Assembly (NCBI GenBank): GCA_945873195.1 | Contig: CAMCDA010000004.1 | Location: 1,923-65,922, forward strand | Origin: Asaia bogorensis | GTDB lineage: Bacteria; Pseudomonadota; Alphaproteobacteria; Acetobacterales; Acetobacteraceae | Length of the DNA: 64,000 nt | Direction: 5' to 3' | Part shown: positions 35,820-45,358 of the stretch, one piece after another | Position numbering within the stretch: the stretch's first letter is position 1 | Layout of the letters: each line of letters opens with the position of its first letter | Made by a program: the position numbers and the translations under genes | The notes under the pieces: generated by a model | Told to the model about the DNA's origin: nothing | The model's database searches: none | The model's input: only the letters and a program-made list of their open reading frames with translations

Positions 35820-37927
35820 GCGACTCGCTGCCGCTGAGCCTGCAACAGAACCCCCGCCTGGAAACCTGGCTGCGGTTCGAACCGGACCAGACCGTCCGCC
35901 TGTCGGTGGGCAAGGTCGAGATCGGGCAGGGGGTGCTGACCGCCCTGACCCAGATCGCGGCCGAGGAATTGGACATCAACCTCGACCGCGTCACCATCCT
36001 CTCGGGCGACACGGCCGAGGCGCCGGATGAAGGCTCCACCGCCTCCAGCCTGTCGATCGAGATGTCAGGCCGCTCGGTTCGCATCGTGTCCTCCGAACTA
36101 AGGGCACGGGTGCTGCGGCGTTTGGCGCAGCGGCTGAACTGCGCGCCCGAGGAGCTGGTGGTGGAAGACGGCGCCTTCCTGCGCGGGGATCGGCCGACCG
36201 GGTTCCACTACTGGAATTTTGTGAGTGGCGTGGACTTCGCCGAGGACGTGACCGGGACGGCCACGCCGAAGCCAACCAGCGCCTACCGGATCGTGGGACA
36301 GCCGATCCCGCGCAAGGATCTGATCGCCAAGGTCACGACCGGCGGGTTCCTCCAGGACATCGTGCGGCCGGACATGCTGCATGCCCGCGTGCTCCGTCAG
36401 CCGGCGCGCGGCGCCCAACTGGCCGCGTTGGACGAGGCCGCGGTGCGACGGGCGGCGCGGGGCGATTTCCAGATCGTGCAGGTCGGCAACTTCGTGGCCT
36501 TTGTCGGAGAGGACGAGACGGTCGTTCACCGCGCCGCCACCGCCGCGCCGACCCATGCCCGCTGGGACAGTGTCCGCCAACTGACCCCGGCGCAGGGGGA
36601 GGCGGTCTGGTTCCGCTCCCAGCCCTCCGACGACCGGTTCGTGGGGGATGAAAACCCGCCGGCGGAGACAGGCAACGTGGCTGAGGCTACCTATTCCCGC
36701 CCCTATGTCGCCCATGCGGCGATCGCGCCGTCCTGCGGACTGGCGGAGTATCGTGGCGGGCACCTGTCCGTCTGGTCGCATACCCAGGGCGTCTATCCGC
36801 TGCGGAACAGCATCGCCGACATCATGGGCCTGAAGCGGTCGCAGGTGACGGTGCGGCATGCCCATGGCGCCGGCTGCTATGGCCATAATGGCGCCGATGA
36901 CGCGGCGATGGACGCGGCGGTGATCGCGCTCCAAATGCCGGACAAGTGCATCCGCGTGCAGTGGCGGCGGGAGGAGGAGTTCGGATTCGAACCCGTCTCC
37001 ACCGCCCACATGACCCGTATCCGCGCCGCGATGGACCCGGACGGCAAGCCCCTGGACTGGACGGTGGAGGTCTGGGCCGGATCGCATGTCCAGCGCCCGA
37101 TCTATGGCGGCAACATGCTGACGCATGAGGCGTTGCCGACTCCGCCCCCCGATCCGCGCCCGAACGATCCGCCCGAGGCGGCCGGCGGCGGCGGCACCCG
37201 CAATGGGACGCCTCTGTATGACTTCCCGGCCAAGCGGATCATCCATCATCTCGCGTTGAAGACGGCGGTCCGGACGTCGTCGCTGCGAGGCCTGGGCGCG
37301 CTGCCCAATGTCTTCGCGCTGGAATGCTTCATGGACGAGTTGGCTGACCGGGCCGGAGTCGATCCCCTGGCCTATCGCCTGTCGCTGCTGTCCGACCCGC
37401 GCGCCCGCAAGCTGCTGGAAAGCGTCGGTGAACGCAGCGACTGGGCCAATCGCGGACCGGCGGGGACGGGCAGGGGGCTGGGTCTGGCCTGGAGCCGCTA
37501 CAAGAACCGCGCCGCCTATGCCGCCGTCGCGATCGAACTGGAGGTGGACCAGGAAGTTCGTCTCCGCCGCGTATGGTGCGCCGTCGATGCCGGCCTGGTG
37601 ATCAACCCCGACGGGGCGAAGAACCAGGTCGAGGGCGGCATCATCCACGCCGCCAGCATGACGCTGAAGGAAGAAGTGAAGATGGAAGGCGACGGGATCA
37701 CGTCGCTGGATTGGGAGAGCTACCCGATCCTGAAATTCTCCGAGATCCCCGAGATCGACACCATCATCATGCACAACCCGGACATGCCCACGCTGGGCAT
37801 GGGTGAATGCACCTTCGGACCGACCGCCGCCGCCATCGGAAACGCCGTCGCGCATGCCCTGGGTACGCGCATCCGGGACATGCCGCTAAGCCGGGAACGG
37901 ATCGCGGCGGCGCTGCTGAAAGCCTGA
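35816..37927 (+). CDS. Molybdopterin-binding large subunit (nicotinate/isoquinoline/xanthine dehydrogenase family)
   Basis: GKVEIGQG, AGCYGHNG, NQVEGGIIH, GMGE; ATGA overlap. Confidence 0.9.
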   Translation: MSDSLPLSLQQNPRLETWLRFEPDQTVRLSVGKVEIGQGVLTALTQIAAEELDINLDRVTILSGDTAEAPDEGSTASSLSIEMSGRSVRIVSSELRARVLRRLAQRLNCAPEELVVEDGAFLRGDRPTGFHYWNFVSGVDFAEDVTGTATPKPTSAYRIVGQPIPRKDLIAKVTTGGFLQDIVRPDMLHARVLRQPARGAQLAALDEAAVRRAARGDFQIVQVGNFVAFVGEDETVVHRAATAAPTHARWDSVRQLTPAQGEAVWFRSQPSDDRFVGDENPPAETGNVAEATYSRPYVAHAAIAPSCGLAEYRGGHLSVWSHTQGVYPLRNSIADIMGLKRSQVTVRHAHGAGCYGHNGADDAAMDAAVIALQMPDKCIRVQWRREEEFGFEPVSTAHMTRIRAAMDPDGKPLDWTVEVWAGSHVQRPIYGGNMLTHEALPTPPPDPRPNDPPEAAGGGGTRNGTPLYDFPAKRIIHHLALKTAVRTSSLRGLGALPNVFALECFMDELADRAGVDPLAYRLSLLSDPRARKLLESVGERSDWANRGPAGTGRGLGLAWSRYKNRAAYAAVAIELEVDQEVRLRRVWCAVDAGLVINPDGAKNQVEGGIIHAASMTLKEEVKMEGDGITSLDWESYPILKFSEIPEIDTIIMHNPDMPTLGMGECTFGPTAAAIGNAVAHALGTRIRDMPLSRERIAAALLKA

Positions 37928-37928
37928 G

Positions 37929-38210
37929 CTACAGGAAAAGCCGCAGGGGGGTGACGGTGCCGGCCTGGTCCTTGACCAGGAACTCCTTGCCCCCCTCGGC
38001 TTCTTCAATGAGCGCTTCATACAGCCGCAGCGCGTTTTTCACGACCTCGGCGTACGAAGAGGCTTCGGTCTTCAGTTTCAACGCGTTCAGCCGGTCCATG
38101 GAGCGCGGGGTCAGGTCGAACTGCACCCGCATCTTGGCGACGCGAGCCTTGGCGTCCGACGCCTGCGTGGTCGAGCGGCCGTTGGTGGTGTCGAGCGTGA
38201 GCGTGCTCAT
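37929..38210 (-). CDS. Ribbon-helix-helix (CopG-like) DNA-binding protein
   Basis: RVQFDL beta-strand followed by SMDRLNALK...SYAEVVKNALRLY helices. Confidence 0.7.
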   Translation of the reverse strand: MSTLTLDTTNGRSTTQASDAKARVAKMRVQFDLTPRSMDRLNALKLKTEASSYAEVVKNALRLYEALIEEAEGGKEFLVKDQAGTVTPLRLFL

Positions 38211-38560
38211 GAGAAACCCTTTCGATGCGCGCCAAAGTAGTAACTGACCAAGGCCCCGACGATCGGACCGGTGACCGCCCAGACGGTGCTGATCGCCGTG
38301 GTGTCGCCGGTGATCAGCCCTTGCAGGCCGGTGACGGCGATCGCGGCGCTGGTGGCAAAGGCGAGTGCTCGTGCCACGAAAGCCCTTGTCCGAGCGTCCA
38401 CCACCACGGCATCCTCCAGCTCGAAGTCAGACCCGATAGCGGGCCGGAACGGCAGGTTGGGATGCATGCGGCGGTTCCGCCGTGGTTCCGAAGTCATCAC
38501 CCTGTCTCCGCATGGCGGGGCCGGCTGGCCCGAAATCCGAGCCTGATCCTGGACCGTCAA
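38207..38560 (-). CDS. Small two-TM hypothetical protein (start 38560 or about 38498)
   Basis: Hydrophobic hairpin ending GALVSYYFG; ATGA overlap with the RHH gene. Confidence 0.6.
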   Translation of the reverse strand: MTVQDQARISGQPAPPCGDRVMTSEPRRNRRMHPNLPFRPAIGSDFELEDAVVVDARTRAFVARALAFATSAAIAVTGLQGLITGDTTAISTVWAVTGPIVGALVSYYFGAHRKGFS

Positions 38561-38609
38561 TCGAAAACATAAGGTTAACGTAGCGAAGTTTTTTTTGAGG
38601 TCAATCGAA

Positions 38610-38632
38610 ATATGAGGGAATTAGCCTCATAT
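38610..38632. promoter_or_regulatory. 8-7-8 inverted repeat in the divergent promoter
   Basis: ATATGAGG-gaattag-CCTCATAT. Confidence 0.45.
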
Positions 38633-38689
38633 ATCCCGCCGCCCGGTGGCTTGCAATCCGCCGGACACGCCGCCATGGTCCGGCCCGCC

Positions 38690-39565
38690 ATGACCCATAT
38701 CCTGACCCTGATCGCCAATCGCGCAGACACAACACTGGACGCGGCAACCATCGATAGCGTGCGCGATGCCGTCGCCGCCGGCTCCGCGACCGTCTTGAGC
38801 CCTGGCGAAGCCGTGGATATCCCGCTGACCGCCGCACCCGACCTGGCGGTTGTGCGCGCGGCCCTCGGCGCCGCGCTGGTTGACGCCATCGTCTCCGAGG
38901 TCGCCACCCGTCGGAAAAGCCTGCTGATCGCCGACATGGACAGCACCATGATCACCGGGGAGACGTTGGATGAACTGGCGGATTTCGCCGGCCTCAAGGA
39001 CAAGATCGCCGCCATCACGGCGCGGGCGATGAACGGGGAACTCGACTTCAAGTCCGCGCTGCGGGAACGCGTGCTGATGCTCAAGGACCTGCCGGTGTCC
39101 ACCCTGGACCAGACCTGGGAACGCGTCCGCCTGACGGATGGGGCCCGGGAACTCGTCGCCACCATGCGGGCAAACGGAGCCTACACCGCCCTAGTTTCAG
39201 GCGGCTTCACCTTCTTCACCGCCCGCGTGGCCGCCCTGCTCGGCTTTCACATGCACAAGTCCAACCTGCTGCTGGATGACGGTGCGACGCTGACGGGGTT
39301 TGTGGCAGAGCCGATCCTGGACCGGGAGACAAAGCTGGCAACGCTGCGCGCCCTGGCGCAGGAGCGGAACCTGCCGCTGTCCGCTACCGTCGCGGTGGGC
39401 GACGGTGCGAATGATCTCGCTATGCTCGGCGCCGCCGGCCTAGGCGTCGCGTTCCACGCTAAACCGATCGTGGCGGCCGCGGCGCGGGCGCGGGTCGACC
39501 ATGCCAACCTGCGCGCCCTGCTGTTCGCGCAGGGCTACCGGGCGAGGGACTTCGTCACCGCCTAA
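38690..39565 (+). CDS. serB: Phosphoserine phosphatase
   Basis: ADMDSTMI...ETLDELA...ITARAMNGELDF...VSGGF...GDGANDL. Confidence 0.95.
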   Translation: MTHILTLIANRADTTLDAATIDSVRDAVAAGSATVLSPGEAVDIPLTAAPDLAVVRAALGAALVDAIVSEVATRRKSLLIADMDSTMITGETLDELADFAGLKDKIAAITARAMNGELDFKSALRERVLMLKDLPVSTLDQTWERVRLTDGARELVATMRANGAYTALVSGGFTFFTARVAALLGFHMHKSNLLLDDGATLTGFVAEPILDRETKLATLRALAQERNLPLSATVAVGDGANDLAMLGAAGLGVAFHAKPIVAAAARARVDHANLRALLFAQGYRARDFVTA

Positions 39566-39586
39566 CCGCCCGGGGGAGCCGGCCGT

Positions 39587-40396
39587 CTAGCGAACGGCCC
39601 GCTCCGGTGCATGGGCGTGATGGCCGCCATGTTCGGCCCACTCCCATGGACCATCCACGTCGATGCCCTTGGCGCGCAGCATCGGGATGTGGTCCTCGGC
39701 ATTGTCTTGCGGCTGGTAGCCCAGGAAGTCCCAATGGGTCTTTGCCACCTTCAGCCGCGTATTGGCCGAGTAGCCATTGACCACCAGGCACCCCGGATCG
39801 GGATGACGAAGCGACGCATCCACCAGTCGGGCCACGTCGCCAGGACTAAGCCAGGAGGCCAATGACCGCTGATCGATCGGCAGGGTCCGATAGGTCCCGA
39901 TCCGCATCGACACGCTGCGGATGCCCCAGCGGTCATAGTACATCCGCAGGACGTCCTCGAACGCCGCCTTGAACGCGCCGTACATGCTATCCGGACGGGT
40001 CGGCATCTCGGGCGACACCGGCACGTCGATCGGGTAGCAGCCGAAGGCGTGGTTGGAGGACGCGTAGAGGATCCGCTCCACCCCCGCGAGGCGGGCGGCC
40101 TCGAACACGTCCCAGACGCCCCGGCAATTGATGCGGAACAGTTCCTCCAAAGACGCGCCGTTGGGGGCACCGGTCATGTACACGACCGCCTTGACCCCCT
40201 GCATCATCTGGTCGATCGCCGCGCGGTCCGAGAGATCGGCCAGGACGAATTCCTCATTCGCCGTCTGCTCCTTGATCGGACGGATGTCCGTCAGGCGGAT
40301 GTGTTTCCACTCCGCCCGCAGGCCGTCGCGCAAGGCAGTCCCGATGGCCCCGGACGCGCCGGTGATCAGGACGGTATCCGTGGCCGGGTCGATCAT
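39587..40396 (-). CDS. NAD-dependent epimerase/dehydratase (uronate dehydrogenase-like)
   Basis: ITGASGAIG, ASSNHA, YGAFK. Confidence 0.88.
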   Translation of the reverse strand: MIDPATDTVLITGASGAIGTALRDGLRAEWKHIRLTDIRPIKEQTANEEFVLADLSDRAAIDQMMQGVKAVVYMTGAPNGASLEELFRINCRGVWDVFEAARLAGVERILYASSNHAFGCYPIDVPVSPEMPTRPDSMYGAFKAAFEDVLRMYYDRWGIRSVSMRIGTYRTLPIDQRSLASWLSPGDVARLVDASLRHPDPGCLVVNGYSANTRLKVAKTHWDFLGYQPQDNAEDHIPMLRAKGIDVDGPWEWAEHGGHHAHAPERAVR

Positions 40397-41256
40397 GTGT
40401 CGGCGAGCGCGGTCAGGATGTGGTCACGGGCGGCGATATCGCCCTCGGCATGCACGGGCTGGATCGCCACATGCGTGGCCCCGGCGGCGAAATGCGCCCG
40501 CAGCCCGGCCTTCACCTGGTCGGCCGAACCCCAGAGGCACATCTGGTCGATGAAGTCGTCCGATCCGCCGTTCTCCAGGTCCTTCTCGGTGAAGCCGATG
40601 CGGAGGAAATTGTTCCGGTAGTTGTCGAGCGTCATGTAACGCTCCAGTTCCTTGCGGCCGAGCGCGCGGGCTTTTACGGGGTCGGTTTCGATGGTGACTT
40701 TCTGCTCGATCGCCAGCCATTTGTTGGGGCCGAGGATCTTCGCGGCTTCCGCCGTGTGGCGCGGGTTGGTGTTGTAGGGGATGGCGCCCTGGGTCATGTC
40801 GCCCGACAACTTCATCATCAGCGGGCCAAGCGCGGCGACGCAGAGCGGCCATTCGGCGGCGCCCGGCTGGTCCTTGGTGATGCCGTTCAGATAGCGGCGC
40901 ATCGCCGGGATCGGCTTTTCATAGGTATGGCCGCGCAGGCCTTCGACCATCGGCGGATGGCTGACGCCCAGGCCCAGAATGAACCGCCCACCGAACAGAT
41001 CGTTCAGCGTGATCATCCCGCGCCGCGACGTGAAGGCGTCGCGCGCATAGATCGAAGCGATGGAACTGCCGATCTTCAGCTTCGTCGTCTGCGCCAGCAT
41101 ATAGGCGGCGACGGCAAAGGACTCGTTGCCGCGCGACTCCGGATACCAGAGCACGTCGTAGCCCAGACGCTCCACCGTGCCGACGAATTCGCGGATTTGC
41201 GCGGGGGAGGAGAGCTTGTCGGTGGAGTACCAGGCTCCGAGGCGGCCGAGTTTCAT
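40393..41256 (-). CDS. LLM-class oxidoreductase (TIGR03620-like, putative F420-dependent)
   Basis: GYDVLWYPE, GRFILGLGVSH, ALGPLMMKL. Confidence 0.82.
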   Translation of the reverse strand: MKLGRLGAWYSTDKLSSPAQIREFVGTVERLGYDVLWYPESRGNESFAVAAYMLAQTTKLKIGSSIASIYARDAFTSRRGMITLNDLFGGRFILGLGVSHPPMVEGLRGHTYEKPIPAMRRYLNGITKDQPGAAEWPLCVAALGPLMMKLSGDMTQGAIPYNTNPRHTAEAAKILGPNKWLAIEQKVTIETDPVKARALGRKELERYMTLDNYRNNFLRIGFTEKDLENGGSDDFIDQMCLWGSADQVKAGLRAHFAAGATHVAIQPVHAEGDIAARDHILTALADT

Positions 41257-41390
41257 GGGGCGGTGTTCCTGTTTGTCTGGGCGGGATCGTAGCAGGCGTT
41301 CGGCCCGGTGTCATGACGAGGCAAAACGGCACCCCCTGGCAATCCGGGCGTGTGCCGCTAATGTGCGGCCACGCAAGGACGGAGGAACGG

Positions 41391-42197
41391 ATGCTCAGCA
41401 TGGCCGGCAAGGTGGCGATCGTCACCGGCGCGGGATCGGTCGGTCCCGGATGGGGCAACGGCAAGGCCACGGCGACGTTGCTGGCGCGTCAGGGAGCCTC
41501 GGTCTTCCTGGTGGACGTCAAGCAGGACGCGGTGGACGAAACGAAGCGAATCATCGAATCCGAGGGCGGGACCTGCGCCACGCATCTCTGCAACATGATG
41601 GCGGCGGCCGAGGTGGCCGAGATGGTGCAGGCCTGCATCAACCGCTTCAAGAAGATCGACATCCTGGTCAACAACGTGGGCGGCTCCGCCCCCGGCGACC
41701 CGGTGTCCATGAGCGAGGAGGTCTGGGACCTTCAGATCGACTTCAACCTGAAGACCGCCTTCCTGGGCTGCAAGTATGCGATTCCCCTGATGCTTGAGAA
41801 CGGCAAGGGCGCGATCGTCAACATCGCCTCCGTCGCGGGCATGCGGAACGACTGGACCAGCGGGCGCAGCCATGTCGGCTACAGCGCGTCCAAGGCCGGC
41901 GTGATCCAGCTTTCCCGCTCGGTTGCCGGGACCTATGCCAAGCAGGGCATTCGGGTGAACACCGTCGTGCCGGGCCTGATGCACACCCCGCTGGTGGAAT
42001 TCCGCCTGGCGCGCACCGTCGCCGGGAACGACGCCCAGGCGCTGATCGATGCGCGCAATAAGGTCGTGCCGATGGGGCACATGGGCAATGCGTGGGATGT
42101 CGCGCACGCCGTGCTGTTCCTGGTCTCGGACGAAGCCCGCTTCATCACCGCGACCGAGATCGTCGTCGATGGCGGCAGCACAGCGACGATGCCCTGA
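41391..42197 (+). CDS. SDR family oxidoreductase
   Basis: TGAGSVGPGWGNG, NNVG, YSASK. Confidence 0.92.
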   Translation: MLSMAGKVAIVTGAGSVGPGWGNGKATATLLARQGASVFLVDVKQDAVDETKRIIESEGGTCATHLCNMMAAAEVAEMVQACINRFKKIDILVNNVGGSAPGDPVSMSEEVWDLQIDFNLKTAFLGCKYAIPLMLENGKGAIVNIASVAGMRNDWTSGRSHVGYSASKAGVIQLSRSVAGTYAKQGIRVNTVVPGLMHTPLVEFRLARTVAGNDAQALIDARNKVVPMGHMGNAWDVAHAVLFLVSDEARFITATEIVVDGGSTATMP

Positions 42198-42245
42198 CCC
42201 GCCTTACGCGGGATGCCCTGACCCGCCTAAGGCCAGGTGCCCTGA
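42188..42245 (+). repeat. 24-bp-period direct repeat (x2.5) spanning the SDR stop codon
   Basis: gatgccctgacccgcct at 42188 and 42212; degenerate ggtgccctga at 42236. Confidence 0.85.
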
Positions 42246-42291
42246 ACACCAGTAGCCCCCTACCCGAAACACAACTGGGAGTGAGTAGATC

Positions 42292-42855
42292 ATGAGTGAA
42301 AGCCGTTTTCCTGAACTGTCGCCTGAGTCCCTGACAGACGAGCAGCGCGCCGTCGTCGATTCGATCCAGTCCGGCCCGCGCGGCGCCGGCCTGCGCGGTC
42401 CCTTCAACGCCCTGCTGCGCAGCCCGCAACTGTGCGACCTGGTGCAGCGCGTCGGCGCCTATGTGCGCTTCGGCAGTTCGATTCCCGCGCCGCTGAACGA
42501 ACTCGCGATCTGCATGGCCGGCCGCAAGTGGGGCGCGCAGTATGAATTCTACGCCCATCGCCGTATCGGCATCGACGCGGGCCTGCCGCCGGCGATCCTG
42601 GACGCCGTGGCCGAGGGCCGCCGCCCCGACAACATGAGCGCCGATGAAGCCATGGTGTATAATTTCGCCGCCGAACTGCTGGGCACGGGCCAGGTGTCCG
42701 ACCCGACCTACCAGGCGGTGATCGACCGCTTCGGTGAGCGTGGCGCGATGGATCTGGTGGGTGGGATTGGCTACTACAGCCTGGTCTCGATGGTGCTGAA
42801 CGTCGCCCAGGTGCCGCTGCCCCCGGGTGAGACGCCGCCGCTGAAGCCGCTCTGA
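42292..42855 (+). CDS. Carboxymuconolactone decarboxylase / AhpD-like family
   Basis: GPFNALLRSP, ELAI...W..QYEFYAH. Confidence 0.85.
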   Translation: MSESRFPELSPESLTDEQRAVVDSIQSGPRGAGLRGPFNALLRSPQLCDLVQRVGAYVRFGSSIPAPLNELAICMAGRKWGAQYEFYAHRRIGIDAGLPPAILDAVAEGRRPDNMSADEAMVYNFAAELLGTGQVSDPTYQAVIDRFGERGAMDLVGGIGYYSLVSMVLNVAQVPLPPGETPPLKPL

Positions 42856-42872
42856 CCCTTACGGCTGGGTTC

Positions 42873-42906
42873 GGGCCGCCGCCTTCGGGTGGCGGCCCTT
42901 ATTTTG
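42873..42906 (+). terminator. Rho-independent terminator
   Basis: gggccgccgcc-TTCG-ggtggcggccc followed by ttatttt. Confidence 0.8.
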
Positions 42907-43076
42907 TACGGTGTGGACATTTTATGGGCGAATAAGGCTATAATTTGACCATTATTGGTCGTTATGGTCAATTTATCCTTGTGCGTCGCAGCAATGTGCC
43001 CTTTATTGCGGCATTTTCCTGTGTCAGATTTCGGTCATGGGGTTTCTCTCCGCTTCGCTCGCCGAAGCCGCGGTCC

Positions 43077-43163
43077 GGCCAATGAAGGCCACCGGCGCGA
43101 CCCCTCGCCCCTGACGCGGTCCAACGGCGGCCCGCTTCCTCTTCCCAGATTGATGGGCAGGAG
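43077..43163 (+). promoter_or_regulatory. Putative ANTAR (NasT/NasR-type) dual-hairpin RNA leader
   Basis: GGCC-AATGAA-GGCC and GCGGTCC-AACGGC-GGCCCGC: hexaloops with A1 and G4; a downstream hairpin could pair with the AGGAG RBS. Confidence 0.6.
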
Positions 43164-43173
43164 ACCCGCGCCG

Positions 43174-44457
43174 ATGACCTCCCTTTCCCCCACCCGCCGC
43201 TCTGTCCTGCGTGGCCTCGCCGGCTCCGCCTCCATCCTGGCGCTCGCCCGCGCCGCCTTCCCCTCCGGCGCCTTCGCCCAGGGCAAGGGGCCCGAGACGA
43301 CCAAAGCCCGCATCGGCTTCATCGCGCTGACCGACTCGGCGCCGCTGATGATCGCCAAGGAAAAGGGCCTGTTCGCCAAGTACGGCATGCCGGATGTCGA
43401 GGTGCTGAAGCAGGCCTCCTGGGGCGGCACGCGCGACAACCTGGTTCTTGGCGGCGGATCGGGCGGGATCGACGGGGCGCATATCCTGACCCCGATGCCC
43501 TATCTGATCCACACTGGCCGTATCGTGCAGAACAGCCAGCCCGTGCCGATGGCGATCCTCGCGCGCCTGAACACGAACGGGCAGGCGGTCAGCGTGTCCA
43601 AGGCGCTCATGCCGGCGGGGGCGAAGCTCGACTCCAGCCCTCTGAAGGCCGCCTTCGCCGCCAAGGGGAACAACAAGGTCGCCATGACCTTCCGCGGCGG
43701 CACCCATGACCTTTGGATCCGCTATTGGCTCGCCGCCGGTGGCATCGACCCGGAAAAGGACGTCGAGACGATCGTCGTCCCGCCGCCGCAGATGGTCGCC
43801 AACATGAAGGTCGGCACCATGGACGCGTTCTGCGTGGGTGAGCCCTGGAACGACCAGCTGGTGAACCAGGGCCTGGGCTACACGGCCTGCGTGACCGGTG
43901 AGATCTGGAAGGACCATCCCGAAAAGTCCTTCGCCATGCGCTCCGATTTCGTCGCCGCCAACCCGATCGCCGCCACCGCGCTCACCAGTGCCGTGATCGA
44001 GGCGCAGAAATGGTGCGATGTTGATGCGAACAAGGAAGAACTGGCGGGCATCCTGGGAAAGCGCGCCTGGTTCAACGTGCCGCCGGCCGATATCCTGCCG
44101 CGCTCCCTCGGCAACGTGAACTACGGCGACGGCCGGACGGTGGAGAAATCCCCGCTGCGGATGAAGTTCTTCGCCGACCACGCCTCCTACCCGTTCCGCT
44201 CCCACGAATTGTGGTTCCTGACCGAGGACCAGCGCTGGGGCATCATGCCCGCCGACCTCGACACCAAGGCGCTGATCGGCGCGGTCAACCGCGAAGACAT
44301 CTGGCGGACCGCGGCGGTGCAGGCCGGCGTATCAGCGGCCGAGATGCCGGTCGGCACGTCGCGCGGCAAGGAAACCTTCTTCGACGGCAAGGTCTTCGAC
44401 CCGGAAGCGCCGGCCGCCTATCTGGCGAGCCTAGCCATCAAGAAGATATCGGCCTGA
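43174..44457 (+). CDS. nrtA: Nitrate/cyanate ABC substrate-binding protein (CmpA/NrtA/NasF family), Tat signal
   Basis: TRRSVL Tat motif; GFIALTDSAPL, GGTHDLW, PPPQMVANM, CVGEPW. Confidence 0.85.
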   Translation: MTSLSPTRRSVLRGLAGSASILALARAAFPSGAFAQGKGPETTKARIGFIALTDSAPLMIAKEKGLFAKYGMPDVEVLKQASWGGTRDNLVLGGGSGGIDGAHILTPMPYLIHTGRIVQNSQPVPMAILARLNTNGQAVSVSKALMPAGAKLDSSPLKAAFAAKGNNKVAMTFRGGTHDLWIRYWLAAGGIDPEKDVETIVVPPPQMVANMKVGTMDAFCVGEPWNDQLVNQGLGYTACVTGEIWKDHPEKSFAMRSDFVAANPIAATALTSAVIEAQKWCDVDANKEELAGILGKRAWFNVPPADILPRSLGNVNYGDGRTVEKSPLRMKFFADHASYPFRSHELWFLTEDQRWGIMPADLDTKALIGAVNREDIWRTAAVQAGVSAAEMPVGTSRGKETFFDGKVFDPEAPAAYLASLAIKKISA

Positions 44458-44470
44458 GCGGGAGCGTGAC

Positions 44471-45346
44471 ATGTCCCTTTCGATGACCCGGCGGACCGAG
44501 AAAGTGTCCACGCCCATTCCCAGGCTGGATGGCGTGCGATCCGCCCTCATGACCCATGTCGTTCCCCGGCTGCGCGATTTCGCGGTGGCCGTGGTACCGC
44601 TTTTGATCATGCTGACGCTGCTGCTGGGGATCTGGCAGTTCGTGGCCGACAGCCCGACGTCGATGCTGCCGGCACCCTCGAAGATCTGGGCGGACAGCAA
44701 GGATCTGATCCTCCATCCGTTCTACGACAATGGCGGGCTGGATCGCGGCCTGGGCTGGCATCTTCTGGCCAGTCTCCAGCGCGTGGCCTTTGGCTTCTTG
44801 CTGGCCGCGATCGGCGGCATCGCGATGGGCATGCTGGTTGGCACCAGCGAACTGGCGATGCGCGGCCTGGACCCGATCTTCCAGGTGCTGCGCACCGTAC
44901 CGCCGTTGGCCTGGCTGCCGCTGTCGCTCGCGGCGTTCCGCGAAGCGCAGCCCAGCGCGATCTTCGTGATCTTCATCACCGCCGTCTGGCCGGTGATCAT
45001 CAATACCGCTGTTGGCGTCCGGAACGTGCCGCAGGATTACCGCAACGTCGCCGCCGTCATTCAACTGCGCGGCATCCGCTTCTTCACCCGCATCCTGCTG
45101 CCCGCCGCCGCGCCCTTCATCTTCACCGGCCTGCGCATCGGCATCGGCCTGTCCTGGCTGGCGATCGTCGCGGCCGAGATGCTGATCGGCGGCGTCGGCA
45201 TCGGCTTCTTCATCTGGGATGCGTGGAACAGCTCCAACATCTCCGACATCATCGTCGCCCTGATCTATGTCGGCCTGGTCGGCTTCGTGCTGGACCGGCT
45301 GGTCACCCTGGCCGGGCGCATCATCACCCGTGGCACATCGGCCTGA
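44471..45346 (+). CDS. nrtB: Nitrate ABC permease
   Basis: DPIFQVLRTVPPLAWLPL, GIGLSWLAIVAAEM, GIGFFIWDAWN. Confidence 0.85.
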   Translation: MSLSMTRRTEKVSTPIPRLDGVRSALMTHVVPRLRDFAVAVVPLLIMLTLLLGIWQFVADSPTSMLPAPSKIWADSKDLILHPFYDNGGLDRGLGWHLLASLQRVAFGFLLAAIGGIAMGMLVGTSELAMRGLDPIFQVLRTVPPLAWLPLSLAAFREAQPSAIFVIFITAVWPVIINTAVGVRNVPQDYRNVAAVIQLRGIRFFTRILLPAAAPFIFTGLRIGIGLSWLAIVAAEMLIGGVGIGFFIWDAWNSSNISDIIVALIYVGLVGFVLDRLVTLAGRIITRGTSA

Positions 45347-45358
45347 GGGAGAAACATC

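Noticed and set aside
42945-42971. FNR box
   Set aside because: The half-site spacing is far longer than the TTGAT-N4-ATCAA geometry
42990-43012. sigma54 promoter / NtrC site upstream of nrtA
   Set aside because: TTGC at -12 is present but the -24 position reads GT, not GG; the NtrC consensus match is poor
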